NCBI RefSeq assembly: GCF_021028975.2
Contig: NC_059428.1
Span: 148,242,001 to 148,306,000 of the forward strand
DNA from: Sphaerodactylus townsendi
Taxonomy: Eukaryota
Reading direction: 5' to 3'
Length of the DNA: 64,000 nt
The position numbers and the translations under genes were made by a program. Below are positions 46,561 to 60,300 of this stretch, piece after piece; position 1 is the first letter of the stretch, and every line of letters begins with the position of its first letter. Below the pieces are notes generated by a model, which saw only the letters and a program-made list of their open reading frames with translations, did not search any database and was not told where the DNA came from.

Positions 46561-46880
46561 AGATCCATAGGGGTGGGGGAGGGGGGACCCCCAAATGAAG
46601 GGACTGACCTCCCCTCAGACCCATTTGGAGAAAGGGGCTGATTCCCCCCTTCCAGGTTTAGGGCAGGTAGCTCCCTCAAATAGGGAGGTCAAGGGGACAA
46701 TATAGCTGTCAAGCGACTTCCTAGACAGGTAAATCAGGTGGGGGGTGGGAATAGATATTCTATTAATAGGTTCTGCATTAGTTGGGGGTGGGAGAAGAAC
46801 GCCTTCCCCCTCATCTTCCACCTCCAGCACTGGGTGCTGGGTGACTGAGACAGGGGGGAGTGAACTGCTTCTTTTCATTC

Positions 46881-46913
46881 ATGCCCCGTCGCCGCCCCTA
46901 CCTGGAAACATGA
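46881..46913 (+). other. uORF (MPRRRPYLET*) whose TGA overlaps the SMCR8 ATG
   Basis: ATG CCC CGT CGC CGC CCC TAC CTG GAA ACA TGA; main ATG at 46910-46912. Confidence 0.5.
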
Positions 46914-49900
46914 TCAGCGCCCCGGATGTGGTGGCATTTACCAAAGAGGACGAGGAGGAGGAGGAAGCCTACATTGACCCGCCATTGCCCGAGGAGTACT
47001 CGGTTCCGCTCTTCCCTTTTGCCAGCCATGGGGCCAACCCCTGGTCCAAACTCTCCGGCGCCAAGTTCAACCGGGACTTCATCCTCATCTCGGAGTTCTC
47101 AGAGCAAGTCGGGCCCCAGCCGTTGCTCACCGTCCCCGACGACGCCAAAGTTTCCGGCACCTTCGATCTCAACTATTTTTCCCTTCGCATCATGTCGGTG
47201 GATTATCAAGCATCTTTTGTCGGACACCCACCTGGGTGCCCTTACCCAAAGCTGAACTTTGTAGAAGATTCAAAAGTAGTGCTGGGAGATTCCAAGGAAG
47301 GCGCTTTCGCGTACGTGCACCACCTGACGCTCTATGACCTTGAAGCGAGGGGTTTTGTCCGCCCTTTCTGTATGGCCTACATTTCTGCCGATGAGCACAA
47401 AATCATGCAGATGTTTCAAGAGCTCTCCGTGGAATTCTCAAAAGCCTCGGAGTGCTTAAAGACTGGCAACCGGAAAGCCTTTGCAAACGAACTGGAGAAG
47501 AAATTGAAAGACCTCAACTATACTCGAACTGTGCTTCACAACGAAACAGAGATCCAGAAGAAAAACAATGAGAAAGGGTACTATACCACACAGGCCATTG
47601 AGAAAGCCAATGAACTGGCCAGCGTCGAGAAATCAATCATAGAGCATCAGGACTTGCTCAAACAGATCAGATCCTATCCTTACAGTAAGCTGAAAGATTC
47701 TGATTTTCATCCCTATGAGCCAGAGAATGTGGTGGAACCAGCAGAAGACAGCTTGGAACAGGGATTTACTACCTCGAAACCTGATGAAATTGGTGAGACG
47801 AACCTGTATCCACGGCGCTCTTCTTACACCCCAAAACTTATCAAGGCAAAATCCACCAAGTGCTTCGACAAGAAACTCAAAACCCTTCAGGAACTGTGCG
47901 ACGTGTATTTTTTCACCCAGACGCTAGACCAGCTGCATCAGATTGAGAAGACATTCAGAGGTGACGTTTGCTATCTCCTCACCAACCAGATCAGCCGAGC
48001 ACTTTTGAGACAACAAAAAATTACCAACTTCCTTTTTGAGGAGACCTTCGCTGTTGAGGACAGACCGCCTGAGAAGCAGTTAAATGCCTTTCCAGGATCT
48101 CCCCTAGATTCGTCTGACACCAAATACTTGGAATTCTGTCCTGTTCCAAAAACATTAATTAGCTTGACAGCTTACAAATCCAGTGTTGAGTCTGTTCCCA
48201 TTAAGATGGACCAGGAACTCAAAGACGCTCCAGGCACGGAGGTCAGTGAGCCGATCACTTATAGCCACCAAGACAATCTTGGGTACCTTGATGCAGACCT
48301 CAAAGGAAGCGTCAGTAGTGGTGAAAGCATTGAGGTTTTGGGAACAGAAAAGTCTGCAGCTGCCCTTGCTCAGTCTGAGAGCCAAGCCAGCTTTCTGCAA
48401 CCACACCCTAGTCCTCAGGCAGCAAGGAGCAAAGCCGTCAGTGGGCGGACCATCAGCGAAGACAGCATCGAGGTCCTCAGCACCTGCCCCTCGGAAGCGC
48501 TCATTCCTGATGATTTTAAAGCGAGCTACCCAAGTGCCATTAACGAAGAGCCTTATGCTGATGAAGAAGAGGAAGGTCTTCACTTCAGCCCCGGTTTAAA
48601 CCTGGACTGTGCTGAAGAGGTGGGAGGCGAACCTGAAAACCTGCTCCCCGCAGACTCCACCTGCTGCATCGGGAAAGAGAGCCCCAGCTTTCTGGAACCG
48701 TTGCCCAGCCTGGCCCCCAAGCTTTGCGGCGACGATGGTGTCGTCAGCATCCCACCCCGTCCCTACCGGCAGGCAGACCAGGAATTCCGCGTGAACTTTA
48801 CAGACTATTCTTCCCACGACGGCGTCTTGGGAGGCCTGCTGACGTACGAACTGGATCCACATTATCTCATGAGCAGTCGAGAGACGAGTAAGATAAGCCT
48901 GGATAAGTGTTCAGACTCAACCGTGAGCTACATGAGCAGCGCGGGGTCTACCAGTTCGGACAGGACACCCTCCCCCGCTCCCCTGGCCGGCCCGTCAGGA
49001 GAACGGCACAAGAAGAAAGCCGGCCAGAACGCACTCCGGTTCATCCGGCAGTATCCCTTCGCTCACCCAGCCATATATTCTCTGCTGAGCGGCAGGACGC
49101 TGATCATACTGGGGGAAGACAAAGGGGCCGTGGAGAAGCTTGTCACGGCCCTCTCCATCTTTGTCCCCAGTTGCGGGGCGGACGCCAAGCCTGTGAAGCA
49201 CTGGACCACCACCCCTTTGCACATCACGGATTTTCAGAAGTGGAAGCTGATTGGATTACAAAGGTAAAAAAAACTGTCTCGCCTTGTCTCAAAGGCCTGT
49301 TTGCTTATTTGGAGAACCCAGCACAAAGCTGTATTAAGATAGGGCAAGGTTGCGCAAGTTGTAACTCTCTCACCCCACCCCCTGATGGCACCCTAACTGT
49401 CTCTGGCAGTTCATCAATGGCACATCATTCCCCCCATCTCTCCCAGATTTTATTGCATGCCTCAAATTGCAAACTCTGGACGTCCATCAAGCACTTGCCA
49501 GATTGCAATGTGTAGTTGGTAGGATGGAGTTTAACTTCAAGGCTCTCCAGGTGCGTCAGACTTATTTCCCAAACATTTGGGGGAAGGGGCCCTGTTTGAT
49601 TAACGCTTCCCGAAGCTAGCTTTCCCCTTGAATTTATTTATTTGTGCTTAAATTTTAGTTCATTTAGATAATGCAGTTGACTAAGTGAAACAAACTTGGC
49701 AAGAATCAGTGGATTTTTCAGGAGTGACGGCTTTTCTTCTCAGTGGGGGACACAAAGGGGCTTACAGTGTTCTCCTTCTCCTCTCAGGTCGGTGAGTCTG
49801 AGAGCACAGGGCTCACCAAAGTTCCTCTGCCAAACTTCCATGACAGAATGGCAATTCCCCCCCTCCTCCCCAGCACACCACGTGTCTGTGTGTGCCACCA

Positions 49901-52082
49901 AAGCACAGCTAACTTTTGGCAACCCCATAGGGTTATCAAGGTTTAAAGAGGAAAACGTCACCTTGGTTGATGTTGCAGTCATGGGCCAATTCCTCCCTGG
50001 AGTGGGGGAGCCGGTACAGCCATGTCCCTCCTGGCTGTATGCACCCACGAGGGAGGGGTTACAGGTGAGGTTTGAACTGTGGGGAAAGTCTTCACTCCGG
50101 CAACCTTAGGTAGCTCTTATGAGCTTGTTTTCCATGGCCGGCCATTTCAGAACCCTCTCCTTCCATACTGGCTTATTTCTTTACTTCATGTACCCTGTTT
50201 CCCCGAAAATAAGACATCCCCTACAAATAAGACATAGTAGAGGTTTTGCTGACGTGCTAAATATAAAGCATCCCCCGAAAGTAAGACGTAGCAAAGTTTT
50301 TGTTTGGGAGCATGCCCATCAAACAGAACACCAGAGCATGCAGCTGTGGAGCGGAAAAATAAGACATCCCCTGAAAATAAGACATCTTTGAAAGCAAAAA
50401 TTAATATAAGACACTGTATTTTTTTCCGGGAAACAGGGCATACTTCCCCCTATCGCCAACAGGTCCCCAAAGCAACGTGCGTTATTTTGCTCTCCGTTTT
50501 TATCCTCATAGTAGCCCTGTGAGAAAGGTCAAGCTGAGAGTGTTAGACTGGCTCAAAGTCACCTAGCAAGTTTCAGTCCTACACCAAACAATATACCCCA
50601 CTGTCTTGTTGAAGCAGCGGATTTACTCGGAGTAGACCACCTTGTAGGACGCCATGTAGGCAAGAACTGACAGACACACAGTCACCAGTGCAGTTCTATT
50701 TATTGCTATCTACTGACAAAGTGCTTTGCCAGACCACAGGTGTTTTCAGGCACCCATCACACTGCTGTCTGTGCTAACTATATACAAAAGTGGTGCCAAT
50801 CAGGTGCCCTCACCTTATCAGGTTTGCACACGGTACAAGCTGTGCACTTGGTACTAATCTGCACACGGCACCTGTTAGAAGGAGGGTCCAGCTGTCATTT
50901 AGATTTTGCTCATCTAAACATTCACACCTGTTCTGACATGTCTCTCAATCCCTTCCTCTTTTGAACTGGTGTGCATTCATAGGCAGCAAACCATAAACGT
51001 AAAATAAAAAATGGAGGGTTTTACAAAAATTATACCTGACCTGTTCCCTCCCACCCCAGGGGTTTACGTGATTCTTCCCCCTCCCTTTTATCCTCATGAT
51101 GACCCTGTGAGGTAGGTCAGGTTCAAAGAGAGTGACAGGCCCCAGGTCACCCAGCATAGTGGAGATCTGACCCCAGCACTCCCACCTCACGTCTCATCCT
51201 CTGACCGCTACACCTGTTCTGTTTTATTGGTTGCATTGACATATGGCCTTTCTAGAAGGAGGAGGAGGAGTTTGGATTTATACTCCACCTTTCTCTCCTG
51301 TAGGGAGACTCAAGGTGGATTACAAGCTTCTTTCCCTTCCTCTGCCCACAACAGACACCTTCTGAGGTTGGTGGGGCTGAGAGAGTTCCAAAGAACTGTG
51401 ACTAGCCCAGGGTCACCCAGCAGGAATGTAGGAATGCAGAAACACATCTGGTTTACCACGTAAGCCTCCGCCACTCAGGTGGAGGAGTGGGGAATCAAAC
51501 CCAGTTTTCCAGATTAGAATCCACCTGCTCTTCACCACTACACCACTTTGGCTCTCTACCGATGCACCTAGGAGTGGAGGGTGGAAGTTAGCAGTTTAAA
51601 ATAACCGCTTCTGCTCCTTTCCGCCCAGGATGTCTTCTCCGGCTGGCCTCAACGCGCTGCACTCCCTCAGCCGGTACATCCGCTACATCAGCATCCTGGA
51701 TGCAGACAGCAAGACCCTGCGCTGCCCCCAGTACCGGGGAGGCCTGATCCCCCGGCTGGCCGACCACCGCACGCAGATCAAACGGGGGAGCACTTACTAC
51801 ATGCACGTCCAGACAGTCCTCACCCAACTTTGCTCCAAGGCCTTCCTGTACACCTTTTGTCACCACCTGCACCTCCCGATCCGGGAGGGGGAGACGGAGG
51901 AGTCTGTGGCCGTCCGGCGGCAGAACTTCCTGAAAGGCCACCTGGGGCTGGCCAACGAGGACGGCAGAGTGGTACAGTACCTCGCCGAGCTTCTCAAACT
52001 CCAGTACCTTCAGGATCCCGTCCGGGGGGTCAACCTGGTGCTCAGGTTCGATTACGTGCCCAGCGCTCTGTACAAAATTTAA
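46910..52082 (+). CDS. SMCR8: SMCR8 (C9orf72-SMCR8-WDR41 complex subunit, DENN/longin-like), ~935 aa
   Basis: Two coding exons 46910-49263 and 51629-52082 (2808 nt, AG|G phase join). Starts MISAPDVVAFTKE, contains FILISEFSEQVGPQPL and HHLTLYDLEARGFVRPFCMAY, ends FDYVPSALYKI*. Confidence 0.96.
50193..50438. mobile_element. Tc1/mariner-pogo (Tc2-like) MITE
   Basis: TIRs CCCTGTTTCCCCGAAAATAAGAC / GTATTTTTTTCCGGGAAACAGGG, left flank TA, internal AAAATAAGACATC repeats. Confidence 0.7.
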
Positions 52083-55000
52083 GCCCCTTCGGCCTCTGGC
52101 TCAGCATTCATCTCTGCTCAGCCACAGCCCCTTGCCGGCTTCCACCCTCTTCCGGTGTCAACGTCGTCTGCATGGTGGCATAGAAGGAACCACGCGAGGG
52201 GTCCTGAGAACGGGCAAAACCCTCCTTGCTCCAGCCAGCCTCTGACAGCATCAGTCACCCTTTTCGTCTCCTCTTCTTCTTTTTTTTAATTTAAGGAAAG
52301 GATATTGTCAGCTTCTAAATCACTGTTTGATGGAACCGTTCTGTCTTGTGTCTGAGAGGGGGGAATTGTTCCTTTACGGAGCAGGAGCTGGGTAGCAGTT
52401 GGGAGGAGGCCGATGGGGGGAGTGATAATTGGAGGAAGGGGCTGTGGTTGCATTTTTTGAAACGGAAAGCAAGTCGCAAAAACCTCTTGCCTTCAAAAGC
52501 CTAGCAAACTTGATTGGCAAAGGAAGTGAACGGGTGGAAAAGGGAAATTTACAGTCTCAGCAGGTAAGAATTTGGCTGCCCAAATGTAATGCAGCAGAAA
52601 TCCCTTTCTGGTTTGCAGGGTCTCCTTTGCAGAGTCACCACTGAGCTAACATGGCTCATGGACTCGAGCATCTGTGGCAGAGGGTTGGGATGGCAAAGGC
52701 CAGAGGTGGGAGGGTTGGATCTGTGTCCAAATGTTTGAAAGCACAAAGAGGGCTCTTTTGATGGCATGAATGTAAAGTCCCTCAACCTGATGGCCTGCTA
52801 TTCCCAGAGGGAAACAGGGAACGGCTCACTCTGCTTTGCAGCATGAGAAACACAGAAAGGGAAAGAAAATGACAACCAAAGGGTTCTCTGTAACAGCGGG
52901 CAAAATGGCCCTTGCAGTCGCCCCAAATAACACAATGCAGAAGGGAGAGGGGAACTCTTAAGGGGGCAAAATCGTCCAAGTTCTGTTATGCCCTCATACT
53001 CAGGTGTCGTTGGGAATGAATGTTACTGGAGCAAAACCATGTGTTATTTGCTTGTGTGTCCTTGCACGCTGTTTTTCTGGAGGCCCGGCTTGGTTACACC
53101 CTCTCTGATGTAGCCAGCCTCGGGTTCCACATTGCCACCCGCTGCTCCCCCACCACTACACTTTGTTTGCTGCCAAAGCCAATGCAGCGGTTTTACTACC
53201 TCCACCATACGGTCGCGTGAACTATGGCTTCCAGGACCGGGGCTCGCTGCCAAGCAGCTACAGTGCACCTTCCCGTGTTCCCGCTCGCCCCTCAGCAGAT
53301 GCGGCGCATTTTCCCATGCTGGAAACTGTGCTAAAAGCTCCCTGCTCAGCGTTGATGAATCTGTGAGGTCCTGTACAGAACCGGTACTCTCGTTTTGTTT
53401 TGTCCGAGGAAAACTGGAGATCGCCGAGGAAGCCACGTCCTACCTGTATCTGTTTCCTTGGCTACAGCCAGGTGACATTGGCTGGCTAGTTGGCCCTTTT
53501 CAGGAGAGGGAGAAATGCTGAAGGTTGCCGGCATGGCTGTAGAAGTGACAGTTTTACAAGAGCACCACCGGACAACCTACATATTATATTTATGACCTCT
53601 GTTTAATGCGATGACGTGAGGCAGAGTTCTGGGATTTGAATGTAAAGTTTCTCAGTGTTCCAGAGGAAGCGTCAAGGTGTCAGGGCTGAGCGTTTTGACG
53701 AATCCTCGGAAACTTTTATGCAAAAACTGCACTATTATTTAATGGAGGAGGAGAAGGGAGATCTCTCATTAAAATGCTGCACTTTTTGAACACCTTCGGG
53801 AAGAGCGTTGAACCCACTGCTCTGATTTGAGCACGAGACGGTCGCAGGGTTCCCAAAGGGAGGTGCCGTCTCTGCAAGGATCCTGATCCTAAAATCAGCG
53901 AAGTCTCTCTTGCAATGGGGGATGCCGGGGGAGTAGGTGGGGTTAACTTTTTATTATGCTCCGGTCCGCTTTTCTGGACTCAGTAGCATTGGAGCCTAAA
54001 GGGCCTGCCATGTTGAGCGACTCCCCCTTCGCTGCCATTGCCTGGCTACATCTCAGATTCAGTCAAAGATGCACTGGCTTCCCTTTGTTTACTTCCTGCC
54101 TCTGCCCCCTGCTGTTTTTGATGACAGCCCCAAAACGTGTTCCAGGAAAGAAGCCAGTCTCAATAACTATTAACCGGAGCCAATGGATAGCGCTGTCTGA
54201 AAGCTGATCCCGAGGGGCAGAACTTGGCGTTGTAGAAAGTGCGCTCAAAACTGGATCCGTGTGGCCACCCCCAATATCTAAGAGTATTTATTTCATGATA
54301 TCCTGCGTGTTTTTTCGTGCTCTGTCTCACAGCCATCTTCTTGTCAGGCAGGGAAAAGACAGCCTCATGAGATCGTGAGGGGCCCATGGGGGCTTGCCGG
54401 GTGTCCAGTAGAGGATGAGGCTTTGCGGGCAGCGTTTTTGAAAGAAACCCCACACCGTTTGTCTGTCACAGTTGGTCCGAGCCTTTTTTTAAAAACCGTG
54501 CTCTCCTGAACTTCCAGCATGCTGCTTCATGTCTAGTCATTTGCTTTCGAGGATGAGTGGAGAGGGACCTGTTTTCCTGCCTGTGCCTGCGAAAGGGGAG
54601 AAGGTCTCCAAATAGGGGGAAGGGATTTTTCCCTGGCTTTGCTGACCCATGAGGCTGCTTTCCAAGAATAGGATTGCCCTACTACGCTGGCCTTCCACAT
54701 AGATATTCCCCCAAAGCCAGGAATGTATAATCTTATCAGGGCACGGTTGATGGTGAGGTGGAAAGAATCCAGCAAGGCCAGTTGGAGTGTTCAGTCTGGG
54801 ATTTTACCAGAGTTCTGTTATTCCGTAGCTGAACAGAGCCCGTTTTGTGTCCGCAGCTAAACCGCCGCCTCATAGCTGTTCAGCGTGCACACTGTTATTA
54901 GAAAAGGTCTACCAACTGTGGGACTAGATCTTAAGTCACCTTCTCTTCAGTCTTGTTGTCAGTCTGTTCTTAGTTTGCTGACACAAACAGCCTCAATGTA

Positions 55001-56844
55001 AGCCAACATACGTCCTTCTAAGTCCAGTGACATCAGTGGACTTAGAAGGGTGTAGTTTTAAGTTTGGATGGCGCTGTGAACGGCACGTGCTTGAATACAG
55101 ACGTGAGCAACTCATGCGACTCCTGGACAGACCCACCAACTGCAAACTTCAGAATCCGTCTTGATAGCTCATGGGTCTGTTGGGGGTCCAATCGGGGGCA
55201 CCTTGGATTTTTAGAAGACTTCATGGGGTTTTAGAAACCCAAGTGCAGCTGTCCTTCAGCGAATGAGCTGTAGAGAGAAGAGAGCATACCCCCCCCCCAA
55301 AAAAACCTCATGCCCTTCCGTGCATCTTTTTAATCATCCCAGCTTGGGCACGCGGATTTGTGCCCAGCTTCCTGTCTTTGTTCCGTTGTCCGTCCCAGTG
55401 AAACGGTGCTAGTTTTCTCCCGCCCCGTAAAAAAAAAACTGTGAACTTTTCTAACTATAAGCATTGCAAGGTGTCTACGAGCAACAACTGCTTGTGCCTT
55501 CCTCTTTTAAAAGAGGTGCCGTGTGACAAACCAACCCCGTGGATTCAGCTACAGACATCTAGAGGCGGCTGCGGTTCTATCGGATGTAGTCAGCAGTTCA
55601 GGAGCGCTTTTCACATCCCGGCTCAGCATTAAATGCAGAACTGCGCCTGCACCGAGAATGCCTGGTTTCCTATAACCAGAGGGCTCAAGCCAGCTTCACG
55701 CTCTGATTGAAAGCCAGCCGTGGTCAGCTTTAGGCCCAGCGTAGTTGTGGTGGCACACCACGAGAAGTGGGATCCTCAAAAGGGGAAACGGGACCCATAA
55801 GGCATTGTCTTTCAGCTGGGTTGAAAACGTTAACAGCTGCGCCAAGCAAAAGAGGTCAGCCGAATTTCCCCCCAGAAGGAGCTGCTTTTACAGAATTGAG
55901 CAAACATGCAGTTACGAGGCTTTGGAGTATAAAATCGCTGCAATGAAGGGACACATCGCGGGCTTGACCTTACTTGCTCCAATTGGCAACACTCCAGCTC
56001 AGACCGTCTTTAGAGGCACATGAATCAGGTTCCACTTCGCCCGGCGACCAGATGCAACGCCAGAACACCGATCCCTCTTGGGCATCGGAGAATTCGCCAG
56101 CCCCTTCTCCCGATACTGCCATATCCTGCTGTTCTATTCTGCCAATGCCTCACCCTCTCTTGCTCCCAACTAGGTCGGCAGCAGCCTCCAAACCCGCTTC
56201 TCTGCCCCATTACTGCCTTTCCAAACTCTTCCCCCCAGCTGCATGTTACGATTGTCATCCCAACCCGTGTGTCAACCTCACCCTCCGTGTAGGCAATAGT
56301 CTAGGCAAAACAAGACAAAACCGGAGCAATCAGAACAGCATGCCTTCTGTACATTAGCACCGTTTTGTACTTGCACAAGAGCTTAACAGGGAGGGGAAAA
56401 TGTTTAAACACCTGACGACTAGAATGAAAATGTATACATTTAAAACGGGGCGGTGGGGGGAGGGAACGGGACAGATATTTATTCGGGCTGATATTTTTTG
56501 AAATAACTTTAAAAAAACTGGTTGTATTTTTAAAAGCTGATATGATAATCCTCGGCGTATATTGTGGTTACATTCTTAATTTTATTGTGCCTAGTAAAAA
56601 TTGTCCTGACTATACAAACAGGGTCGTGTGTTCTGGTCAAACAGGGCAGGGAGGGGGAACTTCTGCAGAATCCAACTTTGCAGTTCAGAGGAACAGGAAA
56701 TCTCTGCGCTCCACTGAAAAGGCAGACTTTGAGTTGCCTCCAATGGATAAACCACCCCAGGCAGTGGAGACCCCGACCTCGTTGAGATCAGCGTTTCACG
56801 CAGCCTGCCAACTTCCTCCAAGGGTGAAAAAACAAACCCCTGTG

Positions 56845-56886
56845 AATAAACAGCAGCCCTACATGAAACACAGATTGGTGTTTATT
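56845..56886. terminator. Facing poly(A) signals: AATAAA (+, 56845-56850, SMCR8) and AATAAA (-, 56881-56886, SHMT1)
   Basis: End of a ~4.8 kb TE-free stretch downstream of the SMCR8 stop; another minus-strand AATAAA at 57106-57111. Confidence 0.55.
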
Positions 56887-57383
56887 TGGTGACTGTCAGA
56901 AGATGATATCCCTTCCCCGTTGGCACAAGATTCTTTCCCCTTCATAGTTTCTCAGACTTATACCACACACCAAAATCAACTTGACTTTTGGCAAAACCTG
57001 TTTTTTTGGGTCTGTTTATCAGTCCAGAATTTCTACCCATCGCAATCTTGCTCGAGATCTCTGGGCAACGCTGTAAATGGTGCGTTTTGGGACGTCCACT
57101 GACAATTTATTTTTAAAAAATCACAAGGGTTTAAAACTTCTTTGGGTTGCTGATGGCTCCCTGCCGGTTATCAGGCCATTTTGCAGCATGTTAAAAAGAG
57201 GGAGAAGTTCATAAAAAGCAAACATTTAAAAACCGCCCCAGCTTTTAGGAACGGCAACGGCTCAAATGGGAGAGGGGAGCAATCTTGGGTGTGCAATTGT
57301 TATTTCCTCCTGGCACCAGAACATCGGAGGACAGCTTTGCAGGGTCGTGGTTGGGAAGAAACGCAGCAGTTGCTGTCGACGCT

Positions 57384-60300
57384 TTACAGAACGGGCAACC
57401 CGGGGAGGGGAAAAGACTCCGCAAAGGCCTCCACGTCTTCCTTGAGGGACTTCAGGGCCGCCTGGTACTTCTCATCAGAGACCAGCTTTTCCTTAAACTC
57501 CCGCAACGTCGCTTTGGGGCTCATGTCCTTCTGGACCCGCACGGTGAGTTCGATACCTGCAGGGGGATCAAGAGGTATGGGAAACTGATCAGTCAGAGCG
57601 GGGAAACCACGTTTAGTAGATCGGCTAAGAAGCAGGTGAGAGTGGTGTCGTGGTTAAGAGCAGGTGCACTCTAATCTGGAGAACTGGGTTTGGTTCCCCG
57701 GAGACGAGAACTATGTAAGCTGCTTTGGGTCCCCGTCGGGGAGAGAACCAGGGTATAAATGAATTTGCGAAGTTAAAAAATAAATAAAGGCCGTAGAGCA
57801 GGAAACAAACTCTGGTCCCACCCCCCCCCCCGGCCAAAACTGGCATACTTGCCTTTATGAATGAAGTGCGCTACTTTTTGAAAGTCTTTTTCCACAAAGC
57901 CCCTGGAGGTCAGCGCTGGGGTCCCGAGCCTCAGCCCGCTGGGCCTTAAAGCGCTCTTGTCTCCTAGGCAGGAAGAAATGTATTTATTTATTCCCTTATG
58001 CCTTGACTTGGATACCCGACGCGAGACCAGTCTCGTCAGATCTTGAACGCCAACCCGGTTGGTTCTGGTTAGTGTTTGGAAGGCTGCCGAGGAAAACCAG
58101 GGTTGCTACACAGAGGCAGGCAAACCAACCCTGCAAGATGACTCCCCGGCTGCCACCTTCTTCACCTGCAAGACTGTTATTTGAACACAGTAAGGTTAGC
58201 AGTCATAAACTGTACAACTTATGAATTTACTAAGTCTACAATATATACACTTGTAGGGCTGTAGCTCAGTAGTGCCCCAATGCACCTTCAAGTATTCCTC
58301 ACAGTAAAAAGTACAAAAGTATTAGGAACATTTTTACAATTGCTTCCCTAATTTCTGCAGGGGTAGCATAGAATCATAGAGTTGGGAGAGACCCCAAGGG
58401 CCATCGTCCAACCCCCTGCAATGAAGCACACAATCAAAGCACTCCTGACAGGTGGCCATCCAGCTTCTCTTTACAAACCTCCATTCCACTGTCAAACAGC
58501 CCTGACTGTCAGGAAGTTTTTCCTGATGTTTAGGTGGAATCTCTTTTCCTTCACCTTCTGGAATCTCTTTTCCTTCTGGTCTCTGGAGCAGCAGAAAACA
58601 AGCTTGCTCCCTCACCAATATGACATCCCTTCAAGTATCTAAACAGGGCTATCATGTCACCTCTTAACCTTCTCTTCACCAAACTGAACATCCCCAGCTC
58701 CCTAAGTCTCTCCTCATAGGGCAGTGGTGGCGAACCTTTGGCACTCCAGATGTTATGGACTACAATTCCCATCAGCCCCTGCCATGGCCAATTCCCTGAT
58801 GGGTTCGCCACCACGGTCATAGGGCGTGGATTCCAGTCCTTTGACGGTCATAGGGCGTGGATTCCAGTCCTTTGACCAGGGGCTGATGGGAATTGTAGTC
58901 CATAAAATCTGGAGTGCCAAAGGTTTGCCACCACGGTCATAGGGCGTGGATTCCAGTCCTTTGACCTCCTCTGGGCCCGTTCCAGCTTGTCAACATCCTT
59001 CTTGAACTGCGGTGCCCAGACCTGTACGCAATATTCCAGGCGAGGTCTAACCAATGCACAATACAGAGGTACAGCTGTTGAAAACCCAACACAAGCAACC
59101 AGCTTCTGGCTTCGGCAAGTCTTCAGAGGCTCGTGAGCCCGTGCTATTTTCAACGTTGGTAACAAAATCCCACATAAGCTTGTTCTTACAAACATTAAGT
59201 TGAGCTCCACTGAAGGCGCGTTGGGGCGCTCTTGAGATTCAGCCCCACAAGTGTATATAAATTCACAAGTTATATAGTCTATGACTGCTGCACTTATTGC
59301 ATGCAAACGATTGTTTGGCGACTTCAGCTGCACCCCCCCCCCCTTTCTATTGTAGATAATCTTCACCTGGGCAGGTGTTCTTGTTGCATGCGATCGAGCA
59401 CAGTTCGAGAACCCGTTCCGCTCGGCCACCATCCGTTCCTTGGCTGCGCAGGTCCACCAGGATCAGATGGTTGTCGGACCCCCCTGGAAGAGGGTCCCAA
59501 GAGAAGAGTAAGAGAAGCATTCGCAGCCCACCATGCCGGAATCAGGTGGCCACAAACAAAAGACTCTTTCTCCCTCCCCTGTCTAGGAATTACAGTGTTG
59601 GTCTACCTTGCCAGGTTGTTGTAGTAAGGACAGAGAGCACTTGGGGAGAAATCGCCTGCCCTGTGCTATTATCAGGTAGCTAAAGTACCTTTGAACCATT
59701 CCAACCTGCAACCCCATGCTAATGAAGGTTGGAAGAAGCCTACAAACACTGAAGATGATTAATTATTGGCATCTCCCCCCCCCCCCCCCCGGCAAACACA
59801 ATCCAGAGCAATACAGGTCTGCACACCCGTCGCTTCTTACCGGTCACAATGTGGTACCCCAAGCTCATGAGTGCTTTTGCCAGGGCTTTGCAATTGGCCA
59901 CCACCTGCTTCTGGTAAATCTTGAATTCCGGAGTCATGGCTTGTTTCAGGGCCACGGCAATTCCTGGCCGGAAGGAGACGGGAAAAGAAGATGAGTGGGA
60001 AAGGGGGGACGCCACACCTTGGGGGCACGGCGGGAGGCAGAAAGCACCACCGAGGGGTAGCTGACTCATGCAGATCCTGTAGGGTTTTCGAGGCAATGGA
60101 CAAGAAGAAGAAGAGGAGTTTGGATTTATATCCCCCCTTTCTCTCCTGTAGGAGACTCAAAAGGGGCTGACAATCTCCTTTCCCTTCCCCTCTCACAACA
60201 AACACCCTGTGAGGTAGGTGGGGCTGAGAGAGCTTCGAAGAACTGGGACTAGCCCAAGGTCACCCAGTGTTGGAGTGCACAAGCTAATCTGGTTCCCCAG

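Noticed and set aside
46745-46909. N-terminal extension of the 840-aa SMCR8 ORF call
   Set aside because: Starts at a non-ATG codon upstream of a likely splice acceptor; the recognised protein begins MISAPDVV at 46910.
50643-50938. Possible additional solo LTR (TG...CA)
   Set aside because: No convincing TSD and no second copy in the window.
58815-58965. CRISPR-like 31-bp direct repeats
   Set aside because: Eukaryotic DNA, irregular spacing, repeat derives from a CR1/MITE junction.
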